A DNA stretch of 64,000 bases from Porticoccaceae bacterium (GCA_038145405.1 JAYQPQ010000001.1:16532-80531), one strand, 5' to 3'; counted from the stretch's first letter, positions 50,971 through 62,210 are shown. A program made the numbers and translations. The notes: generated from the sequence alone by a model not told the origin.

Positions 50971-51419
50971 TGACCGCAGCACCTGCGGCGACCGGCCCGT
51001 TTGGCGTCAGCATTAGCGCCCCGGATATTGTCGAAACCCTGGCCTTTTTCGACAGCTGGGAAGACCGCTACAAATACATCATCGATCTCGGCAAGGAACT
51101 GCCGGGCATCGACCCGGCCAAGCAGACCGATGCCTATCTGATTCGAGGCTGCCAAAGCCAGGTTTGGCTCGACAGCCGGGTTGTCGATGGCCGACTCTGG
51201 TTCGAGGTCGACAGCGATGCTTTTATCGTAAAGGGATTGCTGGCGGTGGTGCTGGCGGCATACAACGGCAAGACTCCGAACGAAATTCTCGCCTTTGATA
51301 TCGACCATTATTTCACCGAGCTCGATCTGATGCGCCACTTGAGCCAGACGCGCGGCAACGGCCTGCGCGCCATGGTCAAGCGCATCCGCGATATTGCCCA
51401 ATTGCAGACCGCCGCCTAG
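50970..51419 (+). CDS. sufE: Cysteine desulfuration (sulfur acceptor) protein SufE
   Basis: YLIRGCQSQVWL active-site Cys context. Start set at ATG 50970, overlapping the sufT stop. The 245-aa ORF from 50682 is a frame artefact. Confidence 0.88.
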   Translation: MTAAPAATGPFGVSISAPDIVETLAFFDSWEDRYKYIIDLGKELPGIDPAKQTDAYLIRGCQSQVWLDSRVVDGRLWFEVDSDAFIVKGLLAVVLAAYNGKTPNEILAFDIDHYFTELDLMRHLSQTRGNGLRAMVKRIRDIAQLQTAA

Positions 51420-51420
51420 A

Positions 51421-51438
51421 CAGCCATAAAATTTTCAC
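51421..51438 (+). promoter_or_regulatory. Candidate Pho box (PhoB site) upstream of the PhoX-like gene
   Basis: CAGCCAT-AAAA-TTTTCAC compared with CTGTCAT-AWAW-CTGTCAY: 5/7 plus 5/7 with an A-rich 4-nt spacer. Lies 48 nt before ATG 51486. Confidence 0.45.
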
Positions 51439-51485
51439 GAAAGATGGCTAGCCTCGGCTATCCGTCAATTGGTTGCAGGCTCGCC

Positions 51486-52661
51486 ATGTCCAGCTATTCC
51501 CACATTCTCACCCGCCGCGCCTTTCTGCGTTCTTCGCTGGCCTCTGGTGTCGCCCTGAGTGGCCTGGGTGCCCTTCCCGGCCTGGCTCAGAGCTCCGGCG
51601 ACGTCAGCCAGGCGCTGCTGCCGCCCGACGCCAACGGCCTGCGTCTGCTGCCGGGCTTTCGCTCGCGCGTCGTGGCGCGCAGCGGTGAACCACCCACGCG
51701 CAATTCGAGCTATCGCTGGCACGCAGCGCCCGATGGCGGCGCGGTGTTTCCAACGCCTCAGGGTGGCTGGGTCTATGTGTCCAACAGCGAGATGAATGAC
51801 GGCGCCGGCGGCGTCGGCGCACTGCGCTTCAGCCCGTCCGGCGAGGTCGAGGATGCCTACCCCATTCTGCAGGGCACCACGCGCAACTGTGCCGGCGGCG
51901 CCATGCCCTGGAACACCTGGCTCTCCTGTGAGGAATTTGACCGCGGCCAGGTCTGGGAATGCGATCCCTTCGGCGAGCGCGCGCCGGTGCTGCGCTCCGC
52001 TCTGGGCACCTTCAATCACGAGGCGGCCGCGCTGGATACCCGCAGCGGATTGATTTACCTGACCGAAGACGAGCGCGACGGCCGTCTCTATCGCTTTGTA
52101 GCCGAGCGCTTTGTGCGCAGCGGCGTACCCGATCTCGCCGCGGGTCAGTTGGAAGTGGCGCGGATGGATATCAATGGCATGGTGGATTGGCTGCCTCTGC
52201 CCGATCCGCTGGCCAGCTCGCAAGCCACGCGCGATCAAGTTCGCCAAAGTACCGCCTTTAACGGCGGCGAAGGTATGGTCTATGCCAACGGTAAGCTAGT
52301 TTTTACTACCAAGGGCGACAATCGCGTCTGGTCCTACGATGCAGAAGCCGGCCAGATGAGCGTGATTTACGACCCCGAAACCCACAGCAACCCCATACTC
52401 TCGGGTGTGGACAATCTGGCGCTGACGCCCATGGGCAGTTATGCCGTAGCCGAGGATGGCGGCGACATGCAGATCGTGGTGCTGACGCCTCAGGGCCGCG
52501 TGGTCCCCCTGGTGCAGGTGATCGGCCAGGACGATTCCGAAATCGCTGGGCCGGCCTTTTCTCCCGACTGGTCGCGACTCTATTTCAGTTCACAGCGCGG
52601 CACTTCGGGTCGCAGCGAGAACGGCATTACTTACGAGATTACCGGCCCATTCGCCCTCTAG
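51486..52661 (+). CDS. Tat-exported PhoX-family (DUF839) beta-propeller protein, short form
   Basis: Twin-arginine signal (TRRAFLRSSLASGVAL) and a PhoX-type block (TTRNCAGGAMPWNTWLSCEE). About 390 aa, shorter than the characterised PhoX phosphatases I recall. Confidence 0.75.
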   Translation: MSSYSHILTRRAFLRSSLASGVALSGLGALPGLAQSSGDVSQALLPPDANGLRLLPGFRSRVVARSGEPPTRNSSYRWHAAPDGGAVFPTPQGGWVYVSNSEMNDGAGGVGALRFSPSGEVEDAYPILQGTTRNCAGGAMPWNTWLSCEEFDRGQVWECDPFGERAPVLRSALGTFNHEAAALDTRSGLIYLTEDERDGRLYRFVAERFVRSGVPDLAAGQLEVARMDINGMVDWLPLPDPLASSQATRDQVRQSTAFNGGEGMVYANGKLVFTTKGDNRVWSYDAEAGQMSVIYDPETHSNPILSGVDNLALTPMGSYAVAEDGGDMQIVVLTPQGRVVPLVQVIGQDDSEIAGPAFSPDWSRLYFSSQRGTSGRSENGITYEITGPFAL

Positions 52662-52752
52662 TTTTCGCCGCACGGCTCGCGCAAACGACACTTGGCATTG
52701 ACCGCCCGGGAACAACTTGGCTCAATCGAGCCAGCAACTGAGGAGTCCATCC

Positions 52753-53460
52753 ATGGCGCCCCACTCACACACACATGGAGAGCATCACTACGCCGCCCGC
52801 ATGGGCTGGCTGCGCGCTGCCGTACTGGGCGCCAATGACGGCATCGTCTCCACGGCCAGCCTTATCATCGGCGTGGCGGCGGCGGACGCCGGTCGCGGCG
52901 ACATTCTGCTGGCCGGCATGGCCGGGTTAATGGCAGGGGCCATGTCCATGGCCGCCGGCGAATATATCTCGGTCAGCTCGCAGGCCGATACGGAGAAAGC
53001 CGATCTGACGCGGGAGGCACACGAGCTGCGCGTCAACCGAGCGCACGAGGAGGACGAGCTCGCCAGCATTTATGAGGATCGCGGGCTGGATCCAGATTTG
53101 GCTCGCCAGGTTGCCCTGCAGTTGATGGCGCACGATGCCCTTGGTGCTCATGCCCGCGACGAAATCGGCCTGACCGAGATTCACAGCGCCAGGCCCCTTC
53201 AAGCCGCTGGCGCCTCGGCACTGACTTTTGCCATTGGCGCCCTGCTGCCTTTGCTAGTGAGCCTGCTCAGCCCTGTCCACCTGGCGATTCCCACCGTGGC
53301 CATTGCCTCGCTGCTATGCCTCGCCGGATTGGGCGGATTGGCTGCGCGTGCCGGCGGCGCCCCCATCCTTAAAGGTGTGGTGCGCGTAACCTTCTGGAGT
53401 TCGGCAGCCATGGCGCTGACCTATGCTGTCGGTGCGCTATTCGGAACGGTGGTTTCCTAG
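52753..53460 (+). CDS. VIT1/CCC1-family iron/manganese transporter
   Basis: WLRAAVLGANDGIVSTASLIIGV motif, an acidic cytosolic helix region and C-terminal TMs. ATG 52753 is preceded by GAGGAG. Confidence 0.85.
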   Translation: MAPHSHTHGEHHYAARMGWLRAAVLGANDGIVSTASLIIGVAAADAGRGDILLAGMAGLMAGAMSMAAGEYISVSSQADTEKADLTREAHELRVNRAHEEDELASIYEDRGLDPDLARQVALQLMAHDALGAHARDEIGLTEIHSARPLQAAGASALTFAIGALLPLLVSLLSPVHLAIPTVAIASLLCLAGLGGLAARAGGAPILKGVVRVTFWSSAAMALTYAVGALFGTVVS

Positions 53461-54407
53461 CCGCTCTGCTGACAGTTCGCGCTCTGTAAGTTCTCCCACA
53501 CCAGCATCGCCTGCTTGCGCGGCAACCCGCCGCGATAGCCGCCCAGCTCACTGTTCTGGCGAATCACCCGATGACAGGGAATTAGAAAAGCCACGGGATT
53601 GGCACCCACCGCCGAGCCGACCGCCCGCACCGCTGACGACTTGCCCGCTGCCTGGGCAATCTCCGCATAGGATGCCAACTGGCCAAAGGGTATGCGCAAC
53701 AGCGCGCGCCACACCTGAACCTGAAAGTTGGTACCCCGAACCAGCACCGAGACAGGTGCAGCCCGCCCGGATTCGGTGGCAAATATCCGCCGCAAAGTCT
53801 GACGTGCGCCGGCATCGTCGTGCACCAGCTCGGCCTCGGGCCAGTCGTTGCACAGCGCCAGGCGAAAGGCAGTGCCGGGCAGATGATCGTCGAACCAAAG
53901 CTGACAGATACCGCGTTCGGTAACTGCCACCCAGGCCGGACCAAAGGGGGTGTCGCCGACGCCATAGGCAATCTGCAGATCGCGCCCCAGCTGCCGATAC
54001 TGACCGGGGGTTACTCCCTCCAACTGGACGAAATGATCGTGCAGGCGCGATGCGCTGCTCAACCCCAGTTGTTCGCTCACTTCCAGCAGCGGCTGCTGCC
54101 CCGACTGCATTTGGGTTTTGGCTGCCTCGAGCGTCAGGCTCTGCAAAAATTTTTTTGGCGTTACCCCGGCCCAGCGGGCAAAGAGTCGCTGAAAGTGGAA
54201 TGGGCTCAGATGCACCTGCGCAGCCAACTCGTCGAAGCTGGGCTGGCGTCGAAAATTTTCCTGCAGGTAACGAATGGCGCGCTCGATGCGCTGGTAGTCA
54301 GTCACTGGCCTGGCATTCCCCGGAATCTGGCTGCCATTCTGGCAGCGCGGCGAGCGGGTATCGAACCGTTTCTTGAGCACCTGCGCTTTGCTAGGGAAGC
54401 AGGGCAA
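53457..54407 (-). CDS. AraC-type HTH fused to methylated-DNA-protein-cysteine methyltransferase (Ada/Ogt-like)
   Basis: AraC HTH (LSPFHFQRLFARWAGVTPKKF) plus the MGMT active site IPCHRVI. No obvious N-terminal Ada zinc-Cys domain. The start is uncertain: ATG 54407 overlaps modC, and GTG 54305 is an alternative. Confidence 0.85.
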   Translation of the reverse strand: MPCFPSKAQVLKKRFDTRSPRCQNGSQIPGNARPVTDYQRIERAIRYLQENFRRQPSFDELAAQVHLSPFHFQRLFARWAGVTPKKFLQSLTLEAAKTQMQSGQQPLLEVSEQLGLSSASRLHDHFVQLEGVTPGQYRQLGRDLQIAYGVGDTPFGPAWVAVTERGICQLWFDDHLPGTAFRLALCNDWPEAELVHDDAGARQTLRRIFATESGRAAPVSVLVRGTNFQVQVWRALLRIPFGQLASYAEIAQAAGKSSAVRAVGSAVGANPVAFLIPCHRVIRQNSELGGYRGGLPRKQAMLVWENLQSANCQQSG

Positions 54408-55461
54408 CCGACTTGATCTGTGCCCACACCTTGCTGCCGGGTCGCAGCATCAACCGCTCGGCCGACTTGCGGGTAATGCGCGCCAACAATAGCGCTTGTC
54501 TGACCTGCACCCGCACCAGCACCGAAGGCGCATCGTCCTCCTCGCGCAGCTCCTCCACCTGACCCGGCAGAATATTGAGGATACTGCTGTCCTCGTGATG
54601 TCTCAGCGCCAGGCTGACATCGCGCGCCAGAATGCGCACTCGCACCTCGCCGTGGCCGCTGCCCTGCGAGGCAATCCAGAGTTCCCCGCCCGGTGTTTCC
54701 AGGCGGTCGAGTTTCCAGCAGGGATCGCGCTGAGCCACACTTCCCTGCCAGACCACACCGGCTTCGTCCTCTAGGCGCAGCGGAAAATCCAGACGCGCCA
54801 ACATTTCGCCCAAGGGGCCCTCGCCCACGCATTTTCCGTCATCCATGACGATCAGATGATCGGCCAGGCGAGCTACCTCATCGGCGCTGTGGCTAACGTA
54901 AATGAGTGGGATTGACAGCTCGCGATGCAGTCGCTCGAGAAAGGGCATGATCTCCGCCTTGCTGCGGCGATCCAGCGAGGCCATGGGTTCGTCCATCAGC
55001 AGCAAGTCGGGGCCACTGAGCAGCGCCCGCGCAATCGCCACACGCTGCCTTTCGCCACCCGACAAGGCGCCCGGCATGCGCTCCAGTAACGGCTGGATGG
55101 CCAGCATCTGCACCACTTCAGCCTCCGGCATCTGGCCATAGCCAGCCCGCTTGATGGCAAAATCCAGATTCCCCTGTACGCTCAGATGGGGGAATAGCCC
55201 GGCATCCTGCACCACATAACCAACGCGGCGGCGGTGGGCAGGCTGGAAGTGATCGGTGGTCTGCCAGCGGTCACCCTTGACCGACAGCTCACCACGAGCG
55301 GCAGGTTCGAGCCCGGCAATACAGCGCAACAGACTGGTCTTGCCCGAGCCCGAACGGCCAAAGAGCGCGGTCACGCCCAGGCCAGGAAGTTGCAGGTCGA
55401 CGTCCAGGGCAAAGTCGCCGCGCTGCAGCTGCTGACGAATGTGCACGGAACCGCTAGTCAT
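54391..55461 (-). CDS. modC: Molybdate ABC transporter ATP-binding protein
   Basis: Walker A GRSGSGKT, signature LSGGERQR and C-terminal TOBE/Mop domains. Confidence 0.9.
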   Translation of the reverse strand: MTSGSVHIRQQLQRGDFALDVDLQLPGLGVTALFGRSGSGKTSLLRCIAGLEPAARGELSVKGDRWQTTDHFQPAHRRRVGYVVQDAGLFPHLSVQGNLDFAIKRAGYGQMPEAEVVQMLAIQPLLERMPGALSGGERQRVAIARALLSGPDLLLMDEPMASLDRRSKAEIMPFLERLHRELSIPLIYVSHSADEVARLADHLIVMDDGKCVGEGPLGEMLARLDFPLRLEDEAGVVWQGSVAQRDPCWKLDRLETPGGELWIASQGSGHGEVRVRILARDVSLALRHHEDSSILNILPGQVEELREEDDAPSVLVRVQVRQALLLARITRKSAERLMLRPGSKVWAQIKSVALLP

Positions 55462-56153
55462 CGGGAAACCCCAAAATCCAACGCCGCAGTGCCGCGCGCG
55501 CGGCTGTACATGAGCAGCAATACGACAAAGGAAAACAGCAGCAGTACCGCGGACAGGCGATGCGCACCGGCGTACTGCAACGCCTCTACCTGGGTATAGA
55601 TCTGCACCGAGGCGACTCGCGTCTCACCGGGGATGTTGCCGCCGATCATCAGCACCAGGCCAAACTCACCCAGGGTATGGGCAAAGCCAAGAATACTGGC
55701 AGACACCAGGCCGGGGCGCGCCAGTGGCAATACCAAACTCACAAAACGATCCAGTGGGCCCGCTCGCAAGGTCGCAGCAACTTCCAGCTGGGCGGCGGGG
55801 ATGGCCTGCATGGCGTTTTGAATCGGCTGCACGACAAAGGGCAGCGAATAGAGCACGGATCCCACTACCAATCCCCAGAATGTGAAAGGCAACAGCCCGA
55901 TACCCAGTGCCTGGGTCAGCTGACCAATTGCGCCGTTCGGGCCCATGGCCAGCAGCAGATAAAAGCCCAGCACCGTTGGCGGCAGCACCAGCGGCAGGGC
56001 AACCAGCGCCGACACCGGCGCACGCCACCAACGGCGCGTGCCTGCCAGCCACCAGGCCAGGGGGATACTTATAAGCAGCAGAATTAAGGTGACAACACTG
56101 GCCAGTTTCAGTGTGAGCCAGAGTGCTTCCCAATCCGTGGCGGTGAATCCCAT
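55458..56153 (-). CDS. modB: Molybdate ABC transporter permease
   Basis: 231 aa, 5-6 TM, with an EAA-loop (LEVAATLRAGPLDRF). Confidence 0.92.
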   Translation of the reverse strand: MGFTATDWEALWLTLKLASVVTLILLLISIPLAWWLAGTRRWWRAPVSALVALPLVLPPTVLGFYLLLAMGPNGAIGQLTQALGIGLLPFTFWGLVVGSVLYSLPFVVQPIQNAMQAIPAAQLEVAATLRAGPLDRFVSLVLPLARPGLVSASILGFAHTLGEFGLVLMIGGNIPGETRVASVQIYTQVEALQYAGAHRLSAVLLLFSFVVLLLMYSRARGTAALDFGVSR

Positions 56154-56156
56154 GAA

Positions 56157-56921
56157 CTATTCGCTGGCGAGCAGCAGGTAACCGTGTGCCCGGATGATCT
56201 CGGCGGCAGCGGGCGAGCGCAGGAACTGCACAAACTCCCAGGCTGCCGGGTTGCCTTCGCCGCGCGCCAGCACCACGGCGTCCTGCAGGATGGGCGCGTA
56301 AAAGTCGCGCTGCACTATCCAGAATGAACCCTCTGGCGCGGCGCTATTGCCCACCACCTGTGCCAGCGCTACCAGTCCGATCTGGGCGTTGCCGCTGCTG
56401 ACGAACTGATAGGCCTGGGAAATGTTCTCGCCCATGACCAGTTTGGGCTGAACTTCCTGATAAATACCCAGCGACTGCAACGTTTCCAGCGCCGCCTTGC
56501 CGTAGGGAGCCAGCTCTGGATTGGCAATGGCCAGACGCTGGAAGCGCCCCGCAGTGAGCACGTCCAGATTTTCATCTACCAGATTGGCCTGGCTCGACCA
56601 GAGCACCAGCGCACCCACCGCATAGGTAAAGCGGCTGTCGATCAACCCCTGCTGCTGGTCGATAAGCGCATCGACCTTGGCTTGGTCAGCCGAGAGAAAC
56701 ACATCAAAGGGGGCACCATTGAGCACTTGCGCGTAGAGCGCACCGGAGGCACCAAAGGAAGTTCGCACCTGGTGACCGCTGGTCTGCTCGAAGGCAATCT
56801 CGAGCAGCGCCATGGGCGCGGCGAAGTTGGAAGCCACAGCAAGGCGTACCTCATCCGCCTGCACCGGCAAGGCCAGCGCAAGGATGGCGCCCAGCCGCCA
56901 ATGCCGCCCCAAACGCCCCAT
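56157..56921 (-). CDS. modA: Molybdate ABC transporter substrate-binding protein
   Basis: Signal peptide and ModA-type blocks (VRLAVASNF, FGASGALYAQ, VFLSAD). Confidence 0.9.
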   Translation of the reverse strand: MGRLGRHWRLGAILALALPVQADEVRLAVASNFAAPMALLEIAFEQTSGHQVRTSFGASGALYAQVLNGAPFDVFLSADQAKVDALIDQQQGLIDSRFTYAVGALVLWSSQANLVDENLDVLTAGRFQRLAIANPELAPYGKAALETLQSLGIYQEVQPKLVMGENISQAYQFVSSGNAQIGLVALAQVVGNSAAPEGSFWIVQRDFYAPILQDAVVLARGEGNPAAWEFVQFLRSPAAAEIIRAHGYLLLASE

Positions 56922-57039
56922 CTGTGAATGCCCTTCTGTGGGAACCAGAGCACATCATAAGAAAGTTAAGGCGAGAAGAACATTTCCTTGCCACTTTTTA
57001 AGCCCCGCGAGGCGCGGGTCAATTCAAAAAGCGGTAAGG

Positions 57040-58116
57040 CTAGTTCGAAGAGCCGATCGTCGCCAGATCGAAATGCGCCCAGAGCGCGTGCCCGAAGGGA
57101 TTGAGCCAGTCCGACAGCAGGCTGTTTTCCAGTCCCTTGGCCATACTCATGGTGGCCCACTCGCGCGCCAGGTCGGGATTTTTGATGAAGTCATTGATAT
57201 GCCAATAGGCCTGATAAAGCTGACCCAGGAAGCTGTGAACCCGCTGCCAGTAATGCGTCTTGATAATCAGGTGAAAATCTTTCGATTCAACACCAGCAAA
57301 GGCTTCGCGCAGTTCGGCTGCAGGGATATCGAAATAGCTACCCTGCAGTTCCAGACCTTCGAGAATCTGCTCACCGGTCAGGTAGGTACGCCACCAGCCG
57401 CGGAAAAAGGCTGCTTGCAGATTGGCTGGATCGAGCAACTGCTTGAGCTCGACTACCGCTTCGGGATTCCGCTGGGCTTCCTGATCGATCCACTGGCCAA
57501 GCTGAAAGTTTTCGTAGGCAGCAGCGGTTTCCGGGTTGGAGAAATTTGAACTGGCGGCCAGTCGCTCATCGACCAGTTCGGCCAGTATCTCTTCCATCTG
57601 GGGTGAAGAGGGTTTTTCGCTAAAGGGTTCGACGACATGGCGGCTGGTGACATCAAAGTTGCAGACTTGATCATTGGGGCAGATGCGTCGTCGCCATTCG
57701 GCTTCAGTCACCGGCGCGTCAAACAGAACGGGATCAAGCACCAGCTTTTTGCTGTCGCTACCCTTATCCTTTACCACTGCCACCAGCGCAACGTGAAAAT
57801 TGCGCTCGGCAAACTGGGTTTCCTGCTCGTTCAGACTGGTGTCGAGGCCGGGCTCGGGGAAAGCCGTGTTCTTCATGGCCGGGTCGGCGTAAGCCCAGAT
57901 CTTTTTCAGCTCGAGATCGTACTCGTTGGCAGCGATCTGGCACATGCGATGTGCCCGGGCCTCACTGTAGGCCAGGCCAACATTCCAATTGAATTGTGAA
58001 TCCTCGCGGAAGCGACCAAAGAGCTCCATACAAGCCTCTATGGTGATGCCGCTAACGGACGAACTCGCCGGGTTTTCAGTGTTGGGGTTGCTGCGTTTGG
58101 TTTTATCCGCAGTCAT
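57040..58116 (-). CDS. Hypothetical protein: protein-glutaminase-like N-terminal domain plus an unassigned helical C-terminal domain
   Basis: ATG 58116 is preferred over the TTG at 58131. No signal peptide. YSEARAHRM...FHVALV...LDPVLFDAPVTEAEW resembles the Cys-His-Asp core of protein-glutamine glutaminase (recalled from memory, not searched). Local GC is lower than in the flanking genes. Confidence 0.6.
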   Translation of the reverse strand: MTADKTKRSNPNTENPASSSVSGITIEACMELFGRFREDSQFNWNVGLAYSEARAHRMCQIAANEYDLELKKIWAYADPAMKNTAFPEPGLDTSLNEQETQFAERNFHVALVAVVKDKGSDSKKLVLDPVLFDAPVTEAEWRRRICPNDQVCNFDVTSRHVVEPFSEKPSSPQMEEILAELVDERLAASSNFSNPETAAAYENFQLGQWIDQEAQRNPEAVVELKQLLDPANLQAAFFRGWWRTYLTGEQILEGLELQGSYFDIPAAELREAFAGVESKDFHLIIKTHYWQRVHSFLGQLYQAYWHINDFIKNPDLAREWATMSMAKGLENSLLSDWLNPFGHALWAHFDLATIGSSN

Positions 58117-58365
58117 TTCGCACCCCAACAATCAACACCCGGATCAGATCCGTACAAGCCATTTTTCTACCTCACTAGCTCGATGGTAAGCCAGAGCTTA
58201 ACAAAAGTAAGCAAAGTAAGGGCAATTCTTTTCTGATATCTATCCCTGAAAATTGAAAGCTCAATGAATTCCTATATTTTTTAATAACTTGTGGCGCATT
58301 AATTCGCGACCAGAGGCTAGTTATCATCCCTGGAACGAGGCTACAAAAGTGCACGAAGTCTCCAC

Positions 58366-58392
58366 AAAAAAAGGCGCCTGTCTCCAGGCGCC
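58366..58392 (-). terminator. Rho-independent terminator of katG
   Basis: On the minus strand this reads GGCGCCTG-gaga-CAGGCGCC followed by TTTTTTT, 29 nt after the katG stop. Confidence 0.8.
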
Positions 58393-58420
58393 ATTTCCTT
58401 TTGGCTGGTTGGCTACGAAA

Positions 58421-60706
<2,286 letters not shown>

Positions 60707-60880
60707 TTACTTGAAATTGTGACGCGACTATTATGCATTAATTTCATACATTAATCTTTGATTTCTTATTGATTATTACAATTCATTCTATAGCGCCAGT
60801 GCTCTGCACAACCGACGCCAAAATCCCAATTGAATTGTGCCGTCCATAAAGATGTCATGGAAGCGTCACAGAGGCGGGCT

Positions 60881-60909
60881 TTTTCACTAAATTGTCATGT
60901 ATCTGCCAT
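60881..60909 (+). promoter_or_regulatory. Extended Pho box (three 7-bp half-sites at 11-bp spacing) upstream of the porin gene
   Basis: TTTTCAC-TAAA-TTGTCAT-GTAT-CTGCCAT compared with repeats of CTGTCAT-AWAW: 5/7, 6/7 and 6/7. A further ATGTCAT-GGAA-GCGTCAC lies at 60852-60869. The box ends 39 nt before the ATG. Confidence 0.55.
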
Positions 60910-60947
60910 AGATTGGCGCCCAATACCCCATTCTGGAAACCCAGCTT

Positions 60948-61994
60948 ATGAACCGTATCTTGCTCCTTCTGGTTGCCCTATGCAGCATCTCCGTCGCCCA
61001 AGCCCAAAGTGTTACCAGCGCCGGACCCGATCTGGTAATCAACACCAATGGCCGCTTTGTGGTATCGACTGCCGATGGCAAGTCGAGCTTTCGTATCGGT
61101 GGACGCCTGATGTACGACTACACCCTGGCCGAGCAGAATGATGTCGTCGACGAGGACGGACTGGACATTCGTCGCGCCCGCCTCTACGCCGAGTTCAAAA
61201 CCGGCAACTGGGAATACAAGGCCCAGTTCAACATCGGCAATGGCAACGGCGGCACGCCGGAAGATCTCTATATCCGCTACACCGCCCTGCCCGGTGGCTG
61301 GACCGCTACCCTGGGGCACCAAAACGAGCCTTTCGGCCTGAACCTGCTGACCAGCTCCAAAGACATCAGCATGCTGGAGCGTGCCGCGGCGACCGAAGCC
61401 TATGCCTTTGGTCGCAGCGACGGCCTGCTCTTTACGCGTTCCAGCGGTAACACCACCCTCGCAGCCGGCGTATTTGAAGACGACGCCTCACGCAACACCT
61501 TCGCCTTTACCGGGCGCGCCACCCAGGCCTTTAACCTGAGCAATGGCAGTCTCGCGCACATCGGCGCGGCCTATTCGTCGCGCGGCGCGGACGTCACCAA
61601 TACCGGACTCGAACTCGCCTGGGCTGGCGGCCCCGTGCATCTGCAGGCCGAGCATTTTTGGTCCGACGATGCCGGTGCCGATCTGAGTGGTTACTACCTG
61701 CAGGCTGGCTATTTCCTGACCGGCGAAAGCCTGCCCTATAGCCGGGGAATTTTTGGTCGGGTAAAGCCGAATCAGGCAAGTGGCGCCTGGGAAGTCGTGG
61801 TGCGCTTTGAATCCGGCGACGGCGATTACGGCGATATCGAACTGGGCACTACCGATGCCACTGCCTTTGGCCTGGGCCTGAACTACTACTTGGGAGAGAA
61901 CCTGCGCTTCGGTATCAGCTATACCCAGGGCGAGGACAACACCAACAACGACAGCGGCAGCGAGTGGCGTGCCCGCGCCCAATTTGCTTTCTGA
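60948..61994 (+). CDS. Phosphate-selective porin O/P family outer membrane protein
   Basis: Signal peptide (LVALCSISVAQA), Porin_O_P-like blocks (DIRRARLY...GNWEYKAQF, GHQNEPFGLNLLTSSKDISMLER) and a C-terminal aromatic residue (QFAF). Confidence 0.85.
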   Translation: MNRILLLLVALCSISVAQAQSVTSAGPDLVINTNGRFVVSTADGKSSFRIGGRLMYDYTLAEQNDVVDEDGLDIRRARLYAEFKTGNWEYKAQFNIGNGNGGTPEDLYIRYTALPGGWTATLGHQNEPFGLNLLTSSKDISMLERAAATEAYAFGRSDGLLFTRSSGNTTLAAGVFEDDASRNTFAFTGRATQAFNLSNGSLAHIGAAYSSRGADVTNTGLELAWAGGPVHLQAEHFWSDDAGADLSGYYLQAGYFLTGESLPYSRGIFGRVKPNQASGAWEVVVRFESGDGDYGDIELGTTDATAFGLGLNYYLGENLRFGISYTQGEDNTNNDSGSEWRARAQFAF

Positions 61995-62000
61995 GGAAAT

Positions 62001-62033
62001 AAAAAAGGGCCGGAGTTTTTTAGACTCCGGCCC
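62001..62033 (-). terminator. Strong intrinsic terminator oriented for minus-strand transcription (no annotated minus-strand gene feeds it)
   Basis: On the minus strand this reads GGGCCGGAGT-ctaaaaa-ACTCCGGCCC-TTTTTT. On the plus strand the same hairpin is followed by CGGACC, with no U-tract. Confidence 0.55.
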
Positions 62034-62210
62034 CGGACCAGGCCTGCCTCAGAGCTATGGGGCTATCTCTTCGACAACTGCCGCCTGGGAAACTGCATCG
62101 GTCTAATCCGATAGCTCGCTGGACTGCTTCTAATTGAATTGACGAACCGGCATCGCGATTTATTCCCTGCCCGCAAAAAATATTTTTTCTGAGAATATCT
62201 CCCAATTTAC

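Noticed and set aside
58204-58221. Tandem 9-mer AAAGTAAGC-AAAGTAAGG in the AT-rich spacer upstream of the glutaminase-like gene.
   Set aside because: Only two copies in low-complexity AT-rich DNA. That is insufficient to call a repeat element or binding site.
60765-60790. A Fur-box-like string (GATTATTACAATTCATTCT) upstream of katG.
   Set aside because: It matches only about 10/19 of the consensus, far weaker than the fbpA box in the same window.
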